Origin: Bacteroidota bacterium
GTDB taxonomy: Bacteria > Bacteroidota > Bacteroidia > Bacteroidales > JAHJDW01
Reading direction: 5' to 3'
DNA: 64,000 nt
Assembly: GCA_037139195.1 (NCBI GenBank)
Contig: JBAXGW010000006.1
Location: 9,232-73,231 of the forward strand
In this document: positions 40,673 to 50,181 of the stretch, piece after piece
Numbering within the stretch: position 1 is the stretch's first letter
Layout of the letters: every line of letters starts with the position of its first letter
Made by a program: the position numbers and the translations under genes
The notes under the pieces: model-generated
Database searches by the model: none
What the model was told of the DNA's origin: nothing
What the model saw: the letters and a program-made list of their open reading frames with translations, nothing else

Positions 40673-41503
40673 ATGGCCGAAATAGGAAAATACAATAAAC
40701 TTAAAGTGCTTCGTATTGTTGACCACGGTGCATATTTAAATGGAGAAGAGCTTGGAGATATATTAATCCCAAAAAGATATATTTCTGCTAATTTGCAAGT
40801 GGACAATGAAATTGATGTTTTTATTTATCTTGATTCAGAAGATAGATTGATAGCTACAACCGAAACTCCATTGGCTATTATAGGCGACTTTGCCTTGTTG
40901 AAAGTGGTTTCGGTGAATAGCGTGGGTGCTTTTGTTGATTGGGGCTTAATGAAGGATTTATTGGTTCCATTTCGTGAACAAAAACAAACCATGGAAGAAG
41001 GAAAATATTATTTTGTATATATTTATCTAGATGATGAAAGTAAACGAATAGTTGCATCGGCTAAGTTAGATAAGTTTCTTGATAATTTACCTCCTGAATA
41101 TGAAGAAGGTGCTGAGGTTGATGCATTAATATGTAACCAAACTGATTTAGGATATAATGCAATAATAAATAACTTACATTGGGGAATGCTTTATAAAAAT
41201 GAAGTGTTTCAGGATTTAAGACGAGGCGAGCATATAAAAGCATATATAAAAAAAGTAAGAGAAGACGAAAAAATAGATTTGAGTTTTTATAAAATTGGCT
41301 ACGAGAAAGTAGATGAAATTTCGCAGGCAATACTCGATAAGCTAAATCAAAAGAAAGGGTTTATTCCAGTATCTGATAAAAGTCCATCGGAGATAATATC
41401 GAAAATATTTGGTATTAGCAAGAAAACCTATAAAAAAGCCGTTGGTTCGTTATATAAACAAAAACTAATTTCTATTGATGAAGATGGAATAAGGTTATTG
41501 TAA
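40673..41503 (+). CDS. cvfB: CvfB-family S1 RNA-binding protein
   Basis: FIYLDSEDRL.ATT.TP, GAFVDWGL.KDLLVP..EQ, DKSP...FG.SKK.YKKA.G.LYK. Confidence 0.88.
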   Translation: MAEIGKYNKLKVLRIVDHGAYLNGEELGDILIPKRYISANLQVDNEIDVFIYLDSEDRLIATTETPLAIIGDFALLKVVSVNSVGAFVDWGLMKDLLVPFREQKQTMEEGKYYFVYIYLDDESKRIVASAKLDKFLDNLPPEYEEGAEVDALICNQTDLGYNAIINNLHWGMLYKNEVFQDLRRGEHIKAYIKKVREDEKIDLSFYKIGYEKVDEISQAILDKLNQKKGFIPVSDKSPSEIISKIFGISKKTYKKAVGSLYKQKLISIDEDGIRLL

Positions 41504-41512
41504 AGAATTCTC

Positions 41513-42544
41513 TTAATAATTTAATGATTCTTTTTTCTTTGGTATTTTCAATATTCCCCAAGTAATTAATACCGAAGCTAAAATAATAGCAATAGTCCAA
41601 ATCAGCCACTGTATTGCATTTTGTGAAAGGAAAAGTATGGTGGCCAAATTGCCTATGATAATCCATTGTACAATATAAATAATTGTTACATTTTCCCCAA
41701 TCCATTGAATGCCTTTTATTGTTTTAAAATATCTTATAATGATATAATTCAGATAGTATATATATATAGCAGCGAAAAGTAGTTCCCAAACAAAAAATAA
41801 TATTCCATGATGATAATAACCGCCTTTACCATATAAATTATGAGCAATAGAAGAGGCGTAAGGCATAGTAATTATTAGCCCAATTATAATTGGAATGGAA
41901 AATAAAAAAAACGTTTTCGAATAAATTTCTTTTGGCAAATTGTTTTTTTCAATTAAAAGTCGGAAACAGTAACCGAGTAATATATATGAAAACCAAGGCA
42001 GAATTGGGAAATACGACCATTCGTAAGTTCCGCCAATTATTGCAAAAAGGTAAGCGGAAGATTCGTTAATAGGAGCAAAGCTTGAAATAATAGGTTCAAT
42101 GATAACCAAAATGATAGCCAAAGTAAAATATAAAAGTACCTTTGATTTAAATGCCTTTTGTAATAACCCGAAAATAAACAAACTCAAACCTGCCAGCTGT
42201 AATATGTCAATGCCAAAAATATAAAACAAATGATTAATATCTATAAGATGATTATACGAGCTTGCAAATAAATTTAAGGATCTGATGATGTTTAGTCCAA
42301 TGCCTATTCCAAAAAGAGAAGTTCCTCTTTTAATAAAATACCAATAATTATGTTTTGGTGAAACCATAAAATATCCCATTACTCCCATAAATATTGGAGC
42401 GCACAACGGACCTCCAATAAATAGGGATAATTGCCCTATCCAACTGTTGTACAATTCAGCAGTTGCAAATTGCTCCATAATATGAACTTGAATCATAAAG
42501 ACGACAGCAAGCCCTTTCAAAATATCAGCGGTGGGGTTTCTCAT
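41513..42544 (-). CDS. Heparan-alpha-glucosaminide N-acetyltransferase-like (DUF1624) membrane protein
   Basis: D.LKGLAV.FMI.VH, AP.F...MG, DILQLAG, FP.LPW; multiple TM segments. Confidence 0.7.
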   Translation of the reverse strand: MRNPTADILKGLAVVFMIQVHIMEQFATAELYNSWIGQLSLFIGGPLCAPIFMGVMGYFMVSPKHNYWYFIKRGTSLFGIGIGLNIIRSLNLFASSYNHLIDINHLFYIFGIDILQLAGLSLFIFGLLQKAFKSKVLLYFTLAIILVIIEPIISSFAPINESSAYLFAIIGGTYEWSYFPILPWFSYILLGYCFRLLIEKNNLPKEIYSKTFFLFSIPIIIGLIITMPYASSIAHNLYGKGGYYHHGILFFVWELLFAAIYIYYLNYIIIRYFKTIKGIQWIGENVTIIYIVQWIIIGNLATILFLSQNAIQWLIWTIAIILASVLITWGILKIPKKKESLNY

Positions 42545-42806
42545 TTTTTTGAAAGTATACTAATTATTCAGTAAAAGTATTTTATGTTTTTAAATAATCA
42601 ATTATAAAATATTATTAAACTTGTATAATATTTTCTGATTTTAATGTGATTTATTTTTGAAAATAAAAATCGTTTTGCCAATAAAAGCTTGTTAATTGAA
42701 GTTAATATTTGTTAAAATGTCTTTCGTATATTAAAGATTGTTTTTTGTTATTTTTACATTTACCTTTATAATTAATAAAATCAGAAAAAACTAAACTGCC
42801 TAAATT

Positions 42807-44636
42807 ATGAAAAAAATTACATTTTTATTTTCTGCTTTACTTTTTGGAGGAGGAGTTTTTGCACAAGATGTGTTAGAATCTTCAGGTATTCCTATTGAAG
42901 GTAAAACAGAAGTGCTTACAGCAACAAGGTTTAAAATCACCACCCCAGTTGCAATTGTTGTTGACGAAAACAGCAAAGAAATCAAAAAAGAATCAAAAGA
43001 TAGAGAAAAAAGAGTACCTCAAAAATTTGTTTTTTCAAGTGAAGATGGTATTCAATATGGAGAAGATCCTGCTGTTCGCCAAACTACAATGGGAACAAGA
43101 CAAGCAGCCGCAACAATAACCAATTGGGCTGGTTTGCCAGGTAATTCCGATCCTTTGGATCCTACAGGTGCACCAGGATTAACAAAATACGTACAGGCAG
43201 TTAATGCAACGCCATTTAGAGTTTATGATAAAGCCACAGGAACAGCTTCTTTCTCTGGAAATGTTGGTACTATTACAGGTTCTGCTGCAGATGGCGATCC
43301 AATTGTTCTATACGATAAATATGCTGATAGATGGTTCATTGCCCAATTAGGTGGCAATAATGATATAGCAATTGCGGTTTCAAAAACAAATGATCCAGCT
43401 GGTCAATATTATTCATGGCAATTTACTGCATCTACTTTTCCTGATTATATTAAATTTTCAATTTGGGAAAATGGATATTATATGACTTCAAATGGAACAG
43501 CTTTTATTTATTGTTTTGAAAGAGATGCTATGCTAGCTGGAAATTCTGCTGCAAGAGCAATAGTTAAAACATTTACGGAGCCAACAGGTGCTGGTGCTGG
43601 ATTTTGGTTGCCATTACCTGCTGATGCAGATGGTGTATTGCCTCCTTCTGGTTCAAGATGTCCAATGTTTGGATATACTGACAATGGTTGGGGTGGATCA
43701 AATGTTGATGCGGTTAAAGTATGGTCGATGGGTGTAACTTGGGGAACAACTCCAGCTGCAACTATAACATTAGATGCGACATTGCCTACAGCTGCATTTG
43801 ATGCATCGTACAATAGTCAGTGGAATGACATTACTCAACCGGGTTCTCAGAAACTTGATGGTCTTGGTGGTGTGTGTATGTATCGTTCTCAATGGAGAAA
43901 ATGGACTACTTATAATTCTGTAGTTCTTAATTGGGCTGTTAAAATCAGTTCTACTCAGCGCAGTATTAGATGGTGCGAATTGCGTCAAAATCAATCTACT
44001 GGTGTTTGGTCATTGTATCAAGAAGGAACTTATGCTCCTGATGCAACAAATCGTTGGTGTGGCAGTATTGCAATGGATGATAATGGAAGTATAGCTTTGT
44101 GTTATGCAAAAGCATCAAGCACTCTTTCTGCGTCGTTAGCTTACACAGGAAGAATTGCTTCTGATCCTTTGGGAACTATGTCTTTAACAGAAACCGTAGT
44201 TACAACTGGTAGTGGCTCAATAACATCTAGTAATCGCTTTGGTGATTATTCGCATACTGCTATTGACCCAGTTGATCAGCTTACTTTTTGGCATACTGGG
44301 ATGTATGCAACTAACAATACTAGCGGAACGCGTATTTATTCGTTTAAAATTCCTGCACCATCTGTTGGAATTGAAAAGGCAGAAAATCAACCGGATTTAA
44401 AAGCTTATCAATCAGAAAATGTGATAAACGTAAAAGCAAAAAATCTTCCATATAACGAAGAATATGTAGTAGATTTATTTGATATTAACGGAAAGCAAAT
44501 AAGTGGGAAAAAAATGAATGCCGCCTTAAATTCTATCGATACAACTATTGATGTAACAGGCTTATCAAAAGGAACTTATCTTGTTAGAATTGGTAATGTT
44601 AAATTTCAAAGAGTTGTAAAAGTTATTGTTAATTAA
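42807..44636 (+). CDS. T9SS-secreted protein of unknown function
   Basis: Signal peptide; YVQAVN, GDPIVLYD..ADRWF, RFGDYS..DP.D..TFW; CTD GTYLVRI...KVIVN. Confidence 0.75.
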   Translation: MKKITFLFSALLFGGGVFAQDVLESSGIPIEGKTEVLTATRFKITTPVAIVVDENSKEIKKESKDREKRVPQKFVFSSEDGIQYGEDPAVRQTTMGTRQAAATITNWAGLPGNSDPLDPTGAPGLTKYVQAVNATPFRVYDKATGTASFSGNVGTITGSAADGDPIVLYDKYADRWFIAQLGGNNDIAIAVSKTNDPAGQYYSWQFTASTFPDYIKFSIWENGYYMTSNGTAFIYCFERDAMLAGNSAARAIVKTFTEPTGAGAGFWLPLPADADGVLPPSGSRCPMFGYTDNGWGGSNVDAVKVWSMGVTWGTTPAATITLDATLPTAAFDASYNSQWNDITQPGSQKLDGLGGVCMYRSQWRKWTTYNSVVLNWAVKISSTQRSIRWCELRQNQSTGVWSLYQEGTYAPDATNRWCGSIAMDDNGSIALCYAKASSTLSASLAYTGRIASDPLGTMSLTETVVTTGSGSITSSNRFGDYSHTAIDPVDQLTFWHTGMYATNNTSGTRIYSFKIPAPSVGIEKAENQPDLKAYQSENVINVKAKNLPYNEEYVVDLFDINGKQISGKKMNAALNSIDTTIDVTGLSKGTYLVRIGNVKFQRVVKVIVN

Positions 44637-44656
44637 ATAATAAACGTAATAATACT

Positions 44657-44702
44657 AAAGAGCAGTTCATTATTTCTTAATTTTGAACTGTTTTTTTTTT
44701 TT
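44657..44702 (+). terminator. Intrinsic terminator
   Basis: CAGTTCA...TGAACTG stem followed by 12 T. Confidence 0.7.
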
Positions 44703-44722
44703 ATTTAAAATTCAAACTAATT

Positions 44723-45070
44723 ATGAAAAATATTTTTCTTTTATTTATTCTTATTTTTTCGTTAAATATTTCATGCAAAACAAAGAAAGAGGCAGAAGTA
44801 CCTCCTGTTGAGAATAACCAAGCTATTGGAAAAACAGTTGGGACTGTTTCTCATCAATACCGTAAATCAGGATGCGAAACAGTTATAGTTGTTACGCTAT
44901 CAAAGGACGAATCTCCTTTAATTTTAATTCCAATTACAAAGTTGCAAGAGAGTCTTGATGTAGATGGTTTATTAATATCATTTGATTATACAAAATCAAA
45001 AGTAAAGCAACCTGCTGGTTGTGCAACTGGTATTCCTGTAGTCATTACAAATGCCGCTAAGAAGAAATAA
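44723..45070 (+). CDS. Lipoprotein of unknown function
   Basis: Lipobox NISC followed by a Lys-rich stretch; Cys pair (GC...GC..G). Confidence 0.7.
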   Translation: MKNIFLLFILIFSLNISCKTKKEAEVPPVENNQAIGKTVGTVSHQYRKSGCETVIVVTLSKDESPLILIPITKLQESLDVDGLLISFDYTKSKVKQPAGCATGIPVVITNAAKKK

Positions 45071-45173
45071 TATTACTTGGCAGATTAGTAGGGTTTTACG
45101 ATTGTTTAAGTAGTTAATATTTTGAATGTTAAATATTTTCACTATTTTTGCCTCCTATTTTTCAGAAAATCAG

Positions 45174-46286
45174 ATGAAAATAAAATTTATTCAGAATAAA
45201 ATAGCAAGAAGAATTTTCTTTGCTTTATTGATTATTTATGCTGTTACAGGCTTTGTTCTTACAAGTGCATATATTGCGTTAAAGTTGAAAATAACTAACG
45301 ATGTAGGCACAGTTGATCAAAATAGCAGGTATTTTCAAAATCTTGATGCAGAGCATAAAGCAGAAAATGATAGTATTAATTTTACGTTAAACAATCAAGC
45401 GTTTATTCAATACAAATTAAAAATTTTGGAAGAATATTTCCCCAAAAATGCAGCAGTAATATCTAATGTATTAAAAACAACAGGCGACTTTAATTGTGCT
45501 GAAAAAATGTTTGATGCCGTAGTATTGCATTTGAAGGACAACCAAGAGTTTATGAATAAAATTTTGGAGTCAGAAAAACTATTTCAACCTAGAACATTGA
45601 AAACACAAACAGATACAAGCTTATTTGTTTGGATGAATTTAGAGGATTGGAAAACGCTGAAGTCTGCAATAGTAAAGGACAAAAGATTAATTGACAGTGC
45701 AGCATTATTAGCTGGTGTTGAGCCACGTTTAATTGTATCTGTATTGGTTGGCGAACAAATAAGGTTGTTTAATTCTAAAAGAGAAACTTATAAAAAAGTA
45801 CTTGCACCATTAACAATTCTTTCAGTAGAGTCTATTTATTCGTTGGGTGTTACTGGGATAAAAGAATTTACGGCTATAAATGTTGAAAAGGGCATAAAGG
45901 ACAGCGCTTCTGTTTATTATCTTGGAAAACAATATGAAAATTTATTAGATTTTAAAACAGAAGACTCTGCAACAGAAAGAATTAGTAGGTTGGTAGATTA
46001 CCGAAATCATTATTATTCTTATATTTATGCAGCTATTATAATAAAACAAGTAAATACGCAATGGCAAAAAGCGGGCTTTGATATATCAGAACGTCCTGAA
46101 ATTTTAGCAACTTTATTTAATGTTGGATTTGAACAATCTAAACCCAAAGCAGACCCATTAGTTGGGGGTTCGCATATAAAAGTTGGAGAACAAGATTATA
46201 CATTTGGTTCTTTGGCGTATGATTTTTATTATTCAGGAGAATTGTATAATGATTTTCCTTATAAAAAGGAAAAATGGAGAAATTAA
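45174..46286 (+). CDS. Membrane-anchored protein with a putative lysozyme-like C-terminal domain
   Basis: N-terminal TM; AA..AGVEPRLIVSVLVGEQ, SLGVTGIK and LATLFNVG resemble lytic transglycosylase motifs I-III. Confidence 0.5.
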   Translation: MKIKFIQNKIARRIFFALLIIYAVTGFVLTSAYIALKLKITNDVGTVDQNSRYFQNLDAEHKAENDSINFTLNNQAFIQYKLKILEEYFPKNAAVISNVLKTTGDFNCAEKMFDAVVLHLKDNQEFMNKILESEKLFQPRTLKTQTDTSLFVWMNLEDWKTLKSAIVKDKRLIDSAALLAGVEPRLIVSVLVGEQIRLFNSKRETYKKVLAPLTILSVESIYSLGVTGIKEFTAINVEKGIKDSASVYYLGKQYENLLDFKTEDSATERISRLVDYRNHYYSYIYAAIIIKQVNTQWQKAGFDISERPEILATLFNVGFEQSKPKADPLVGGSHIKVGEQDYTFGSLAYDFYYSGELYNDFPYKKEKWRN

Positions 46287-47209
46287 AAAAACTTTTTATT
46301 ATATTATTACTTTCGCTGCTAAGCAATTCTTTTTTACTTGCCCAGAAAAATGTTGTGGCTATTGATACAATTGACTTAAATACGAACAAAGTAATATTAT
46401 ATTCCGATAATACTTGGTCGTATTTAATGAGTTCAGACAATTCCCTTACACGACAAGATTCATTAAATTTTATAAATTCAAATTGGGAAATGGTTCAAAT
46501 CTTTGCATACCTTAATGAACGAGGGAAAGATGGGACTTATGAGTTTGACAAATCTTCAATGTCTAAAGAACTTCTCACTGTGCCTATTCACGGAACAATT
46601 TACGGTGGATTTCATAAAGGACATGATGGAGTTGATATTGCATTAAACAAAGGGGATAAAATATATGCAGCCATGGACGGAAAAGTTCGATATGCGCAGT
46701 TCCAACCTCATGGATATGGAAATTTAATTATTATTAGGCATTATAATGGCTTGGAAACTTGGTATAGCCATTTAGAAAAAATTCATGTTAAACCCAATCA
46801 ATTTGTTAAATCAGGTGATGTAATTGGAACAGGAGGCAGAACTGGTAGAGCAAGTGCAAATCATTTGCATTTTGAGACCAGATACCATGATAAACCAATG
46901 AATCCTGAAATGTTTTTTGATTTTAATAAATCAAATTTAGTATCTAATGAAAGAATTAAATCTTTGCCTGATACCTTAAGTAAATCAATTGCAAAAAATA
47001 TTGAAGCTAAAAAAGAGGTAGCTTCGAAAAAAGAATCTCAAAAAAAGACAAATACTAAGAAAAAAACTCACACTATAAAATCGGGAGACACCCTTTCGAA
47101 ATTGGCCAGGGATTATCATACTTCAGTTGATGATATATGCAAAGCTAATAAAATTAGTAAAGATGGTGTTCTGAGTTTAGGACAAAAGGTTGTTATCCCA
47201 ACGAAATAA
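46274..47209 (+). CDS. M23 metallopeptidase with C-terminal LysM
   Basis: HDGVD (HxxxD), HLHFE (HxH), HTIKSGDTLSKLA...ICKANKI. Confidence 0.9.
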   Translation: MEKLKKLFIILLLSLLSNSFLLAQKNVVAIDTIDLNTNKVILYSDNTWSYLMSSDNSLTRQDSLNFINSNWEMVQIFAYLNERGKDGTYEFDKSSMSKELLTVPIHGTIYGGFHKGHDGVDIALNKGDKIYAAMDGKVRYAQFQPHGYGNLIIIRHYNGLETWYSHLEKIHVKPNQFVKSGDVIGTGGRTGRASANHLHFETRYHDKPMNPEMFFDFNKSNLVSNERIKSLPDTLSKSIAKNIEAKKEVASKKESQKKTNTKKKTHTIKSGDTLSKLARDYHTSVDDICKANKISKDGVLSLGQKVVIPTK

Positions 47210-47316
47210 GAAAGTAAGTGTATTTCGTATTATTCAAACAAATCTTGTCTACTATCAACTAAATTGATTTTGCTTTATTGAAAAATTCAGTATTTTTGTG
47301 CTGAAATAAAGATTTT

Positions 47317-47835
47317 ATGAGAATAAGCAGAATTAAAGCAAAAACAAATTCAGAATCTAGCTCGTTTGTCGACTTGTCATTGCTCGACAATTTGATTATT
47401 AAATATAAAAACGCGAAAGGCAATATGATTCCATTGCTCCAAGGTGCTCAGAATATTTATGGCTATTTGCCAAAAGAAGTTTTTGTGAAAATTTCTGATG
47501 AAACTGGTTTGAAACTAAGCGATATGTACGGAGTTGCAAGTTTTTATGCCCAATTTCGATTAAAACCAGTTGGAAAAAATGTTATAAAAGTTTGTCACGG
47601 AACGGCCTGTCATGTCCAAAATGCCACAGCAATAACAACTGCACTTATAGAAGAATTAGGTGTTAATGATGGTGAAACAACTGAGGATGGGATGTTCACT
47701 CTAGAATCTGTAGCTTGTTTGGGTTGTTGTTCGTTAGCTCCAGTAATGATGATTTGTGAGGAAACGTACGGCAAACTAGACGCAAAGTCAACAAAAGAAG
47801 TAATTAAAGGGTTAAGGGAGACTAGTAACAGGTAA
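47317..47835 (+). CDS. NuoE/HydC-like [2Fe-2S] subunit (StnA-like)
   Basis: VCHGTACHV...CLGCC. Promoter TTTG(47269)-N18-TATTTTTG(47291). Confidence 0.88.
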   Translation: MRISRIKAKTNSESSSFVDLSLLDNLIIKYKNAKGNMIPLLQGAQNIYGYLPKEVFVKISDETGLKLSDMYGVASFYAQFRLKPVGKNVIKVCHGTACHVQNATAITTALIEELGVNDGETTEDGMFTLESVACLGCCSLAPVMMICEETYGKLDAKSTKEVIKGLRETSNR

Positions 47836-47915
47836 CTGGTAACAGGTGCATGGTGCAGGAGATATATTATAGTTGCGTAGCCTTCTGTATTCTTGATTCT
47901 GTCTTCTGCATTCTT
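47824..47915. repeat. Two degenerate 7-bp tandem arrays
   Basis: AGTAACA GGTAACT GGTAACA GGTGCAT GGTGCAG (47824-58) and CCTTCTG TATTCTT GATTCTG TCTTCTG CATTCTT (47881-915). Confidence 0.7.
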
Positions 47916-47956
47916 TAAAAAAAACTCTTCCAAATTTTCGAAAAAACAATATCAAT

Positions 47957-49735
47957 ATGAATAATATCCAAGTAATCGTAGGGATGGGCAGTTGTGGACT
48001 TGCAGCTGGTGCATACAAGGTTTACGACAAATTAAAAGAAATTGAAAAAACATCAAATACTAAATTTGACTTAAAGAAAACAAGTTGCATTGGTATGTGC
48101 TTTCGTGAGCCTTTGGTTGAGGTAGTTGATAAAAATGGTTCGGTGATTTATGGAGATGTTTCTGAAAAAAACATAACTGAAATATTTGAAAGTCATGTTT
48201 TAAAAGGAATTCCAGTCGAACAATTTGCAGTAAAAACTGATTTGTTTGACACAAAAGATAAAAACTTTTTCGAAGGTCAGGTGAAGATTGCGCTTCGTAA
48301 TTGTGGGTATATCGACCCTGAATCAATTGAAGAATATGAAACTCGTGGCGGATATGAAGCAATTAAAAAGCTGATTTCTGAAAAAGCCCAGTCAATGGAT
48401 ATTATACAATCTATTATAGATTCAGGACTTCGCGGTCGAGGTGGCGGTGGATTTTCAACTGGCATGAAATGGAAGTTTGCATTTAATAATAAATCAGATG
48501 AAAAATATCTAATATGCAATGCTGACGAGGGTGATCCTGGGGCATTTATGGACAGGTCGATTCTTGAAGGCGACCCACATGCTGTTCTTGAAGGAATGAT
48601 AATAGCTGCAAAAGCTATAGAAGCTACAGATGGTTGGATTTATTGTCGTGCCGAATATCCACTTGCTATAAAACGTTTAAATATTGCAATTGAACAAGCT
48701 CGCACTAAAGGATATTTAGGGAAAAATATCTTAGGCGTTGATGGATTTAATTTTGATATTCATATTAAAGAAGGAGCAGGAGCATTTGTTTGTGGAGAAG
48801 AAACTGCATTAATTGCTTCAATAGAAGGACAAAGAGGAATGCCTCGTCGTCGTCCGCCATTTCCGGCAGAAAAAGGATTATGGCAAAAACCTACCAATAT
48901 CAATAATGTTGAGACTTTCTCTAATATTCCTTGGATAATTTCTAATGGTGCGAAAGCATATGCACAATATGGAACTGAAAAAAGCAAGGGAACTAAGGTT
49001 TTTGCTTTAACAGGAAAGATAAAAAATGGCGGTTTGGTTGAGGTTCCAATGGGAGTTTCAATTAGAAAAATCGTTTTTGAAATGGGCGGCGGAATTTTAA
49101 AAGATAAAAAATTCAAAGCCGTCCAAATGGGCGGTCCTTCAGGAGGCTGTATTCCTGAACATTTGGCTGATACTATTGTTGATTATGATTCAGTAAATGC
49201 TACCGGAGCAATCATGGGCTCTGGCGGTATGGTTGTTATGGACGAAACTACCTGTATGGTGGATATGGCTCGTTTCTTTTTAGATTTTACTAAGAAAGAA
49301 TCGTGTGGCAAATGTACTTTCTGTAGAATTGGCACTCAAAGAATGTTGGAAATCCTAGAACGAATAACAAAAGGCGAAGGAAAAGAGGGAGACATAGAAA
49401 TGCTTGAAGAACTTTCTTATCAGATTAAAGATGCTTCACTTTGTGGATTAGGTCAAACTGCTCCAAATCCTGTTCTTACCACTTTGAAATATTTCAGAGA
49501 AGAATACGAAGCTCATATTAAAGAAAAAAGATGTCCTGCTAAGAGTTGTAAGGCATTGATTACATATTCGATTCTTGAAGACAAATGTACAGGCTGTACA
49601 GCTTGTAAAAAAGTTTGCGGTGTTTCCGCTATTTCTGGCGAACGCAAAGAAATTCATCGAATAGACCAAGATTTGTGTGTGAAATGTGGAGCTTGTCTGG
49701 AAAAATGTAAATTCGGAGCGATTAGTTTGGAATAA
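47957..49735 (+). CDS. NuoF/HydB-like FMN/NADH-binding bifurcating subunit (StnB-like)
   Basis: N-terminal thioredoxin-like FeS domain (SCG..CIGMC), GLRGRGGGGF, CNADEGDPGAFMDR, CGEETALI, ESCGKCTFCR and a C-terminal 2x[4Fe-4S] domain. Confidence 0.9.
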   Translation: MNNIQVIVGMGSCGLAAGAYKVYDKLKEIEKTSNTKFDLKKTSCIGMCFREPLVEVVDKNGSVIYGDVSEKNITEIFESHVLKGIPVEQFAVKTDLFDTKDKNFFEGQVKIALRNCGYIDPESIEEYETRGGYEAIKKLISEKAQSMDIIQSIIDSGLRGRGGGGFSTGMKWKFAFNNKSDEKYLICNADEGDPGAFMDRSILEGDPHAVLEGMIIAAKAIEATDGWIYCRAEYPLAIKRLNIAIEQARTKGYLGKNILGVDGFNFDIHIKEGAGAFVCGEETALIASIEGQRGMPRRRPPFPAEKGLWQKPTNINNVETFSNIPWIISNGAKAYAQYGTEKSKGTKVFALTGKIKNGGLVEVPMGVSIRKIVFEMGGGILKDKKFKAVQMGGPSGGCIPEHLADTIVDYDSVNATGAIMGSGGMVVMDETTCMVDMARFFLDFTKKESCGKCTFCRIGTQRMLEILERITKGEGKEGDIEMLEELSYQIKDASLCGLGQTAPNPVLTTLKYFREEYEAHIKEKRCPAKSCKALITYSILEDKCTGCTACKKVCGVSAISGERKEIHRIDQDLCVKCGACLEKCKFGAISLE

Positions 49736-49791
49736 AGAAGCAAGAATCAAGTAGTAAGAATCAAGAATTCTGAAGTCAGAAGACTGAATTT
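49736..49791 (+). repeat. Degenerate 7-bp tandem array (8 units)
   Basis: AGAAGCA AGAATCA AGTAGTA AGAATCA AGAATTC TGAAGTC AGAAGAC TGAATTT, starting immediately after the stop codon. Confidence 0.75.
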
Positions 49792-49820
49792 ATGTGAGTT
49801 TTTTAATGCAATGTTGTTTT

Positions 49821-50138
49821 ATGATTAAATGGAAAGTTGCTTTTTTTGTAGTTATTTTTATCTGGCTTATAACTATTATGTTATTTGGCTTTATTTATTT
49901 TAAACAAGAAATTATTATATGTTTCTCTAAAGCAGAAGTTGAATCATTTGAACAGGATCTGGGAAATGTTTCAATTATTTTTAATAGAAATCTTAAAACA
50001 AAAAAACAAATTGAGGATAAATTGTCTAAAAATGAGTTTTCACCTTTTCTTGAGAAGAAAGTTGATACATTAATTATGAATAAAACAAAATTAGTTTTTG
50101 AAAATGATACATTAGTAGAAATAATTAAAAAGTATTAA
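49821..50138 (+). CDS. Small hypothetical protein with N-terminal TM
   Basis: MIKWKVAFF... hydrophobic anchor; ATG 49821 preferred over GTG 49794. Confidence 0.55.
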   Translation: MIKWKVAFFVVIFIWLITIMLFGFIYFKQEIIICFSKAEVESFEQDLGNVSIIFNRNLKTKKQIEDKLSKNEFSPFLEKKVDTLIMNKTKLVFENDTLVEIIKKY

Positions 50139-50181
50139 TGAAATACAATTATAGTAGAATATAGCTTACAATTTCAAATAA

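Noticed and set aside
49821-50138. Resemblance to a polymorphic-toxin immunity protein
   Set aside because: Only a vague impression from the KWK.AF N-terminus. It needs an HMM search, and no toxin gene is adjacent.
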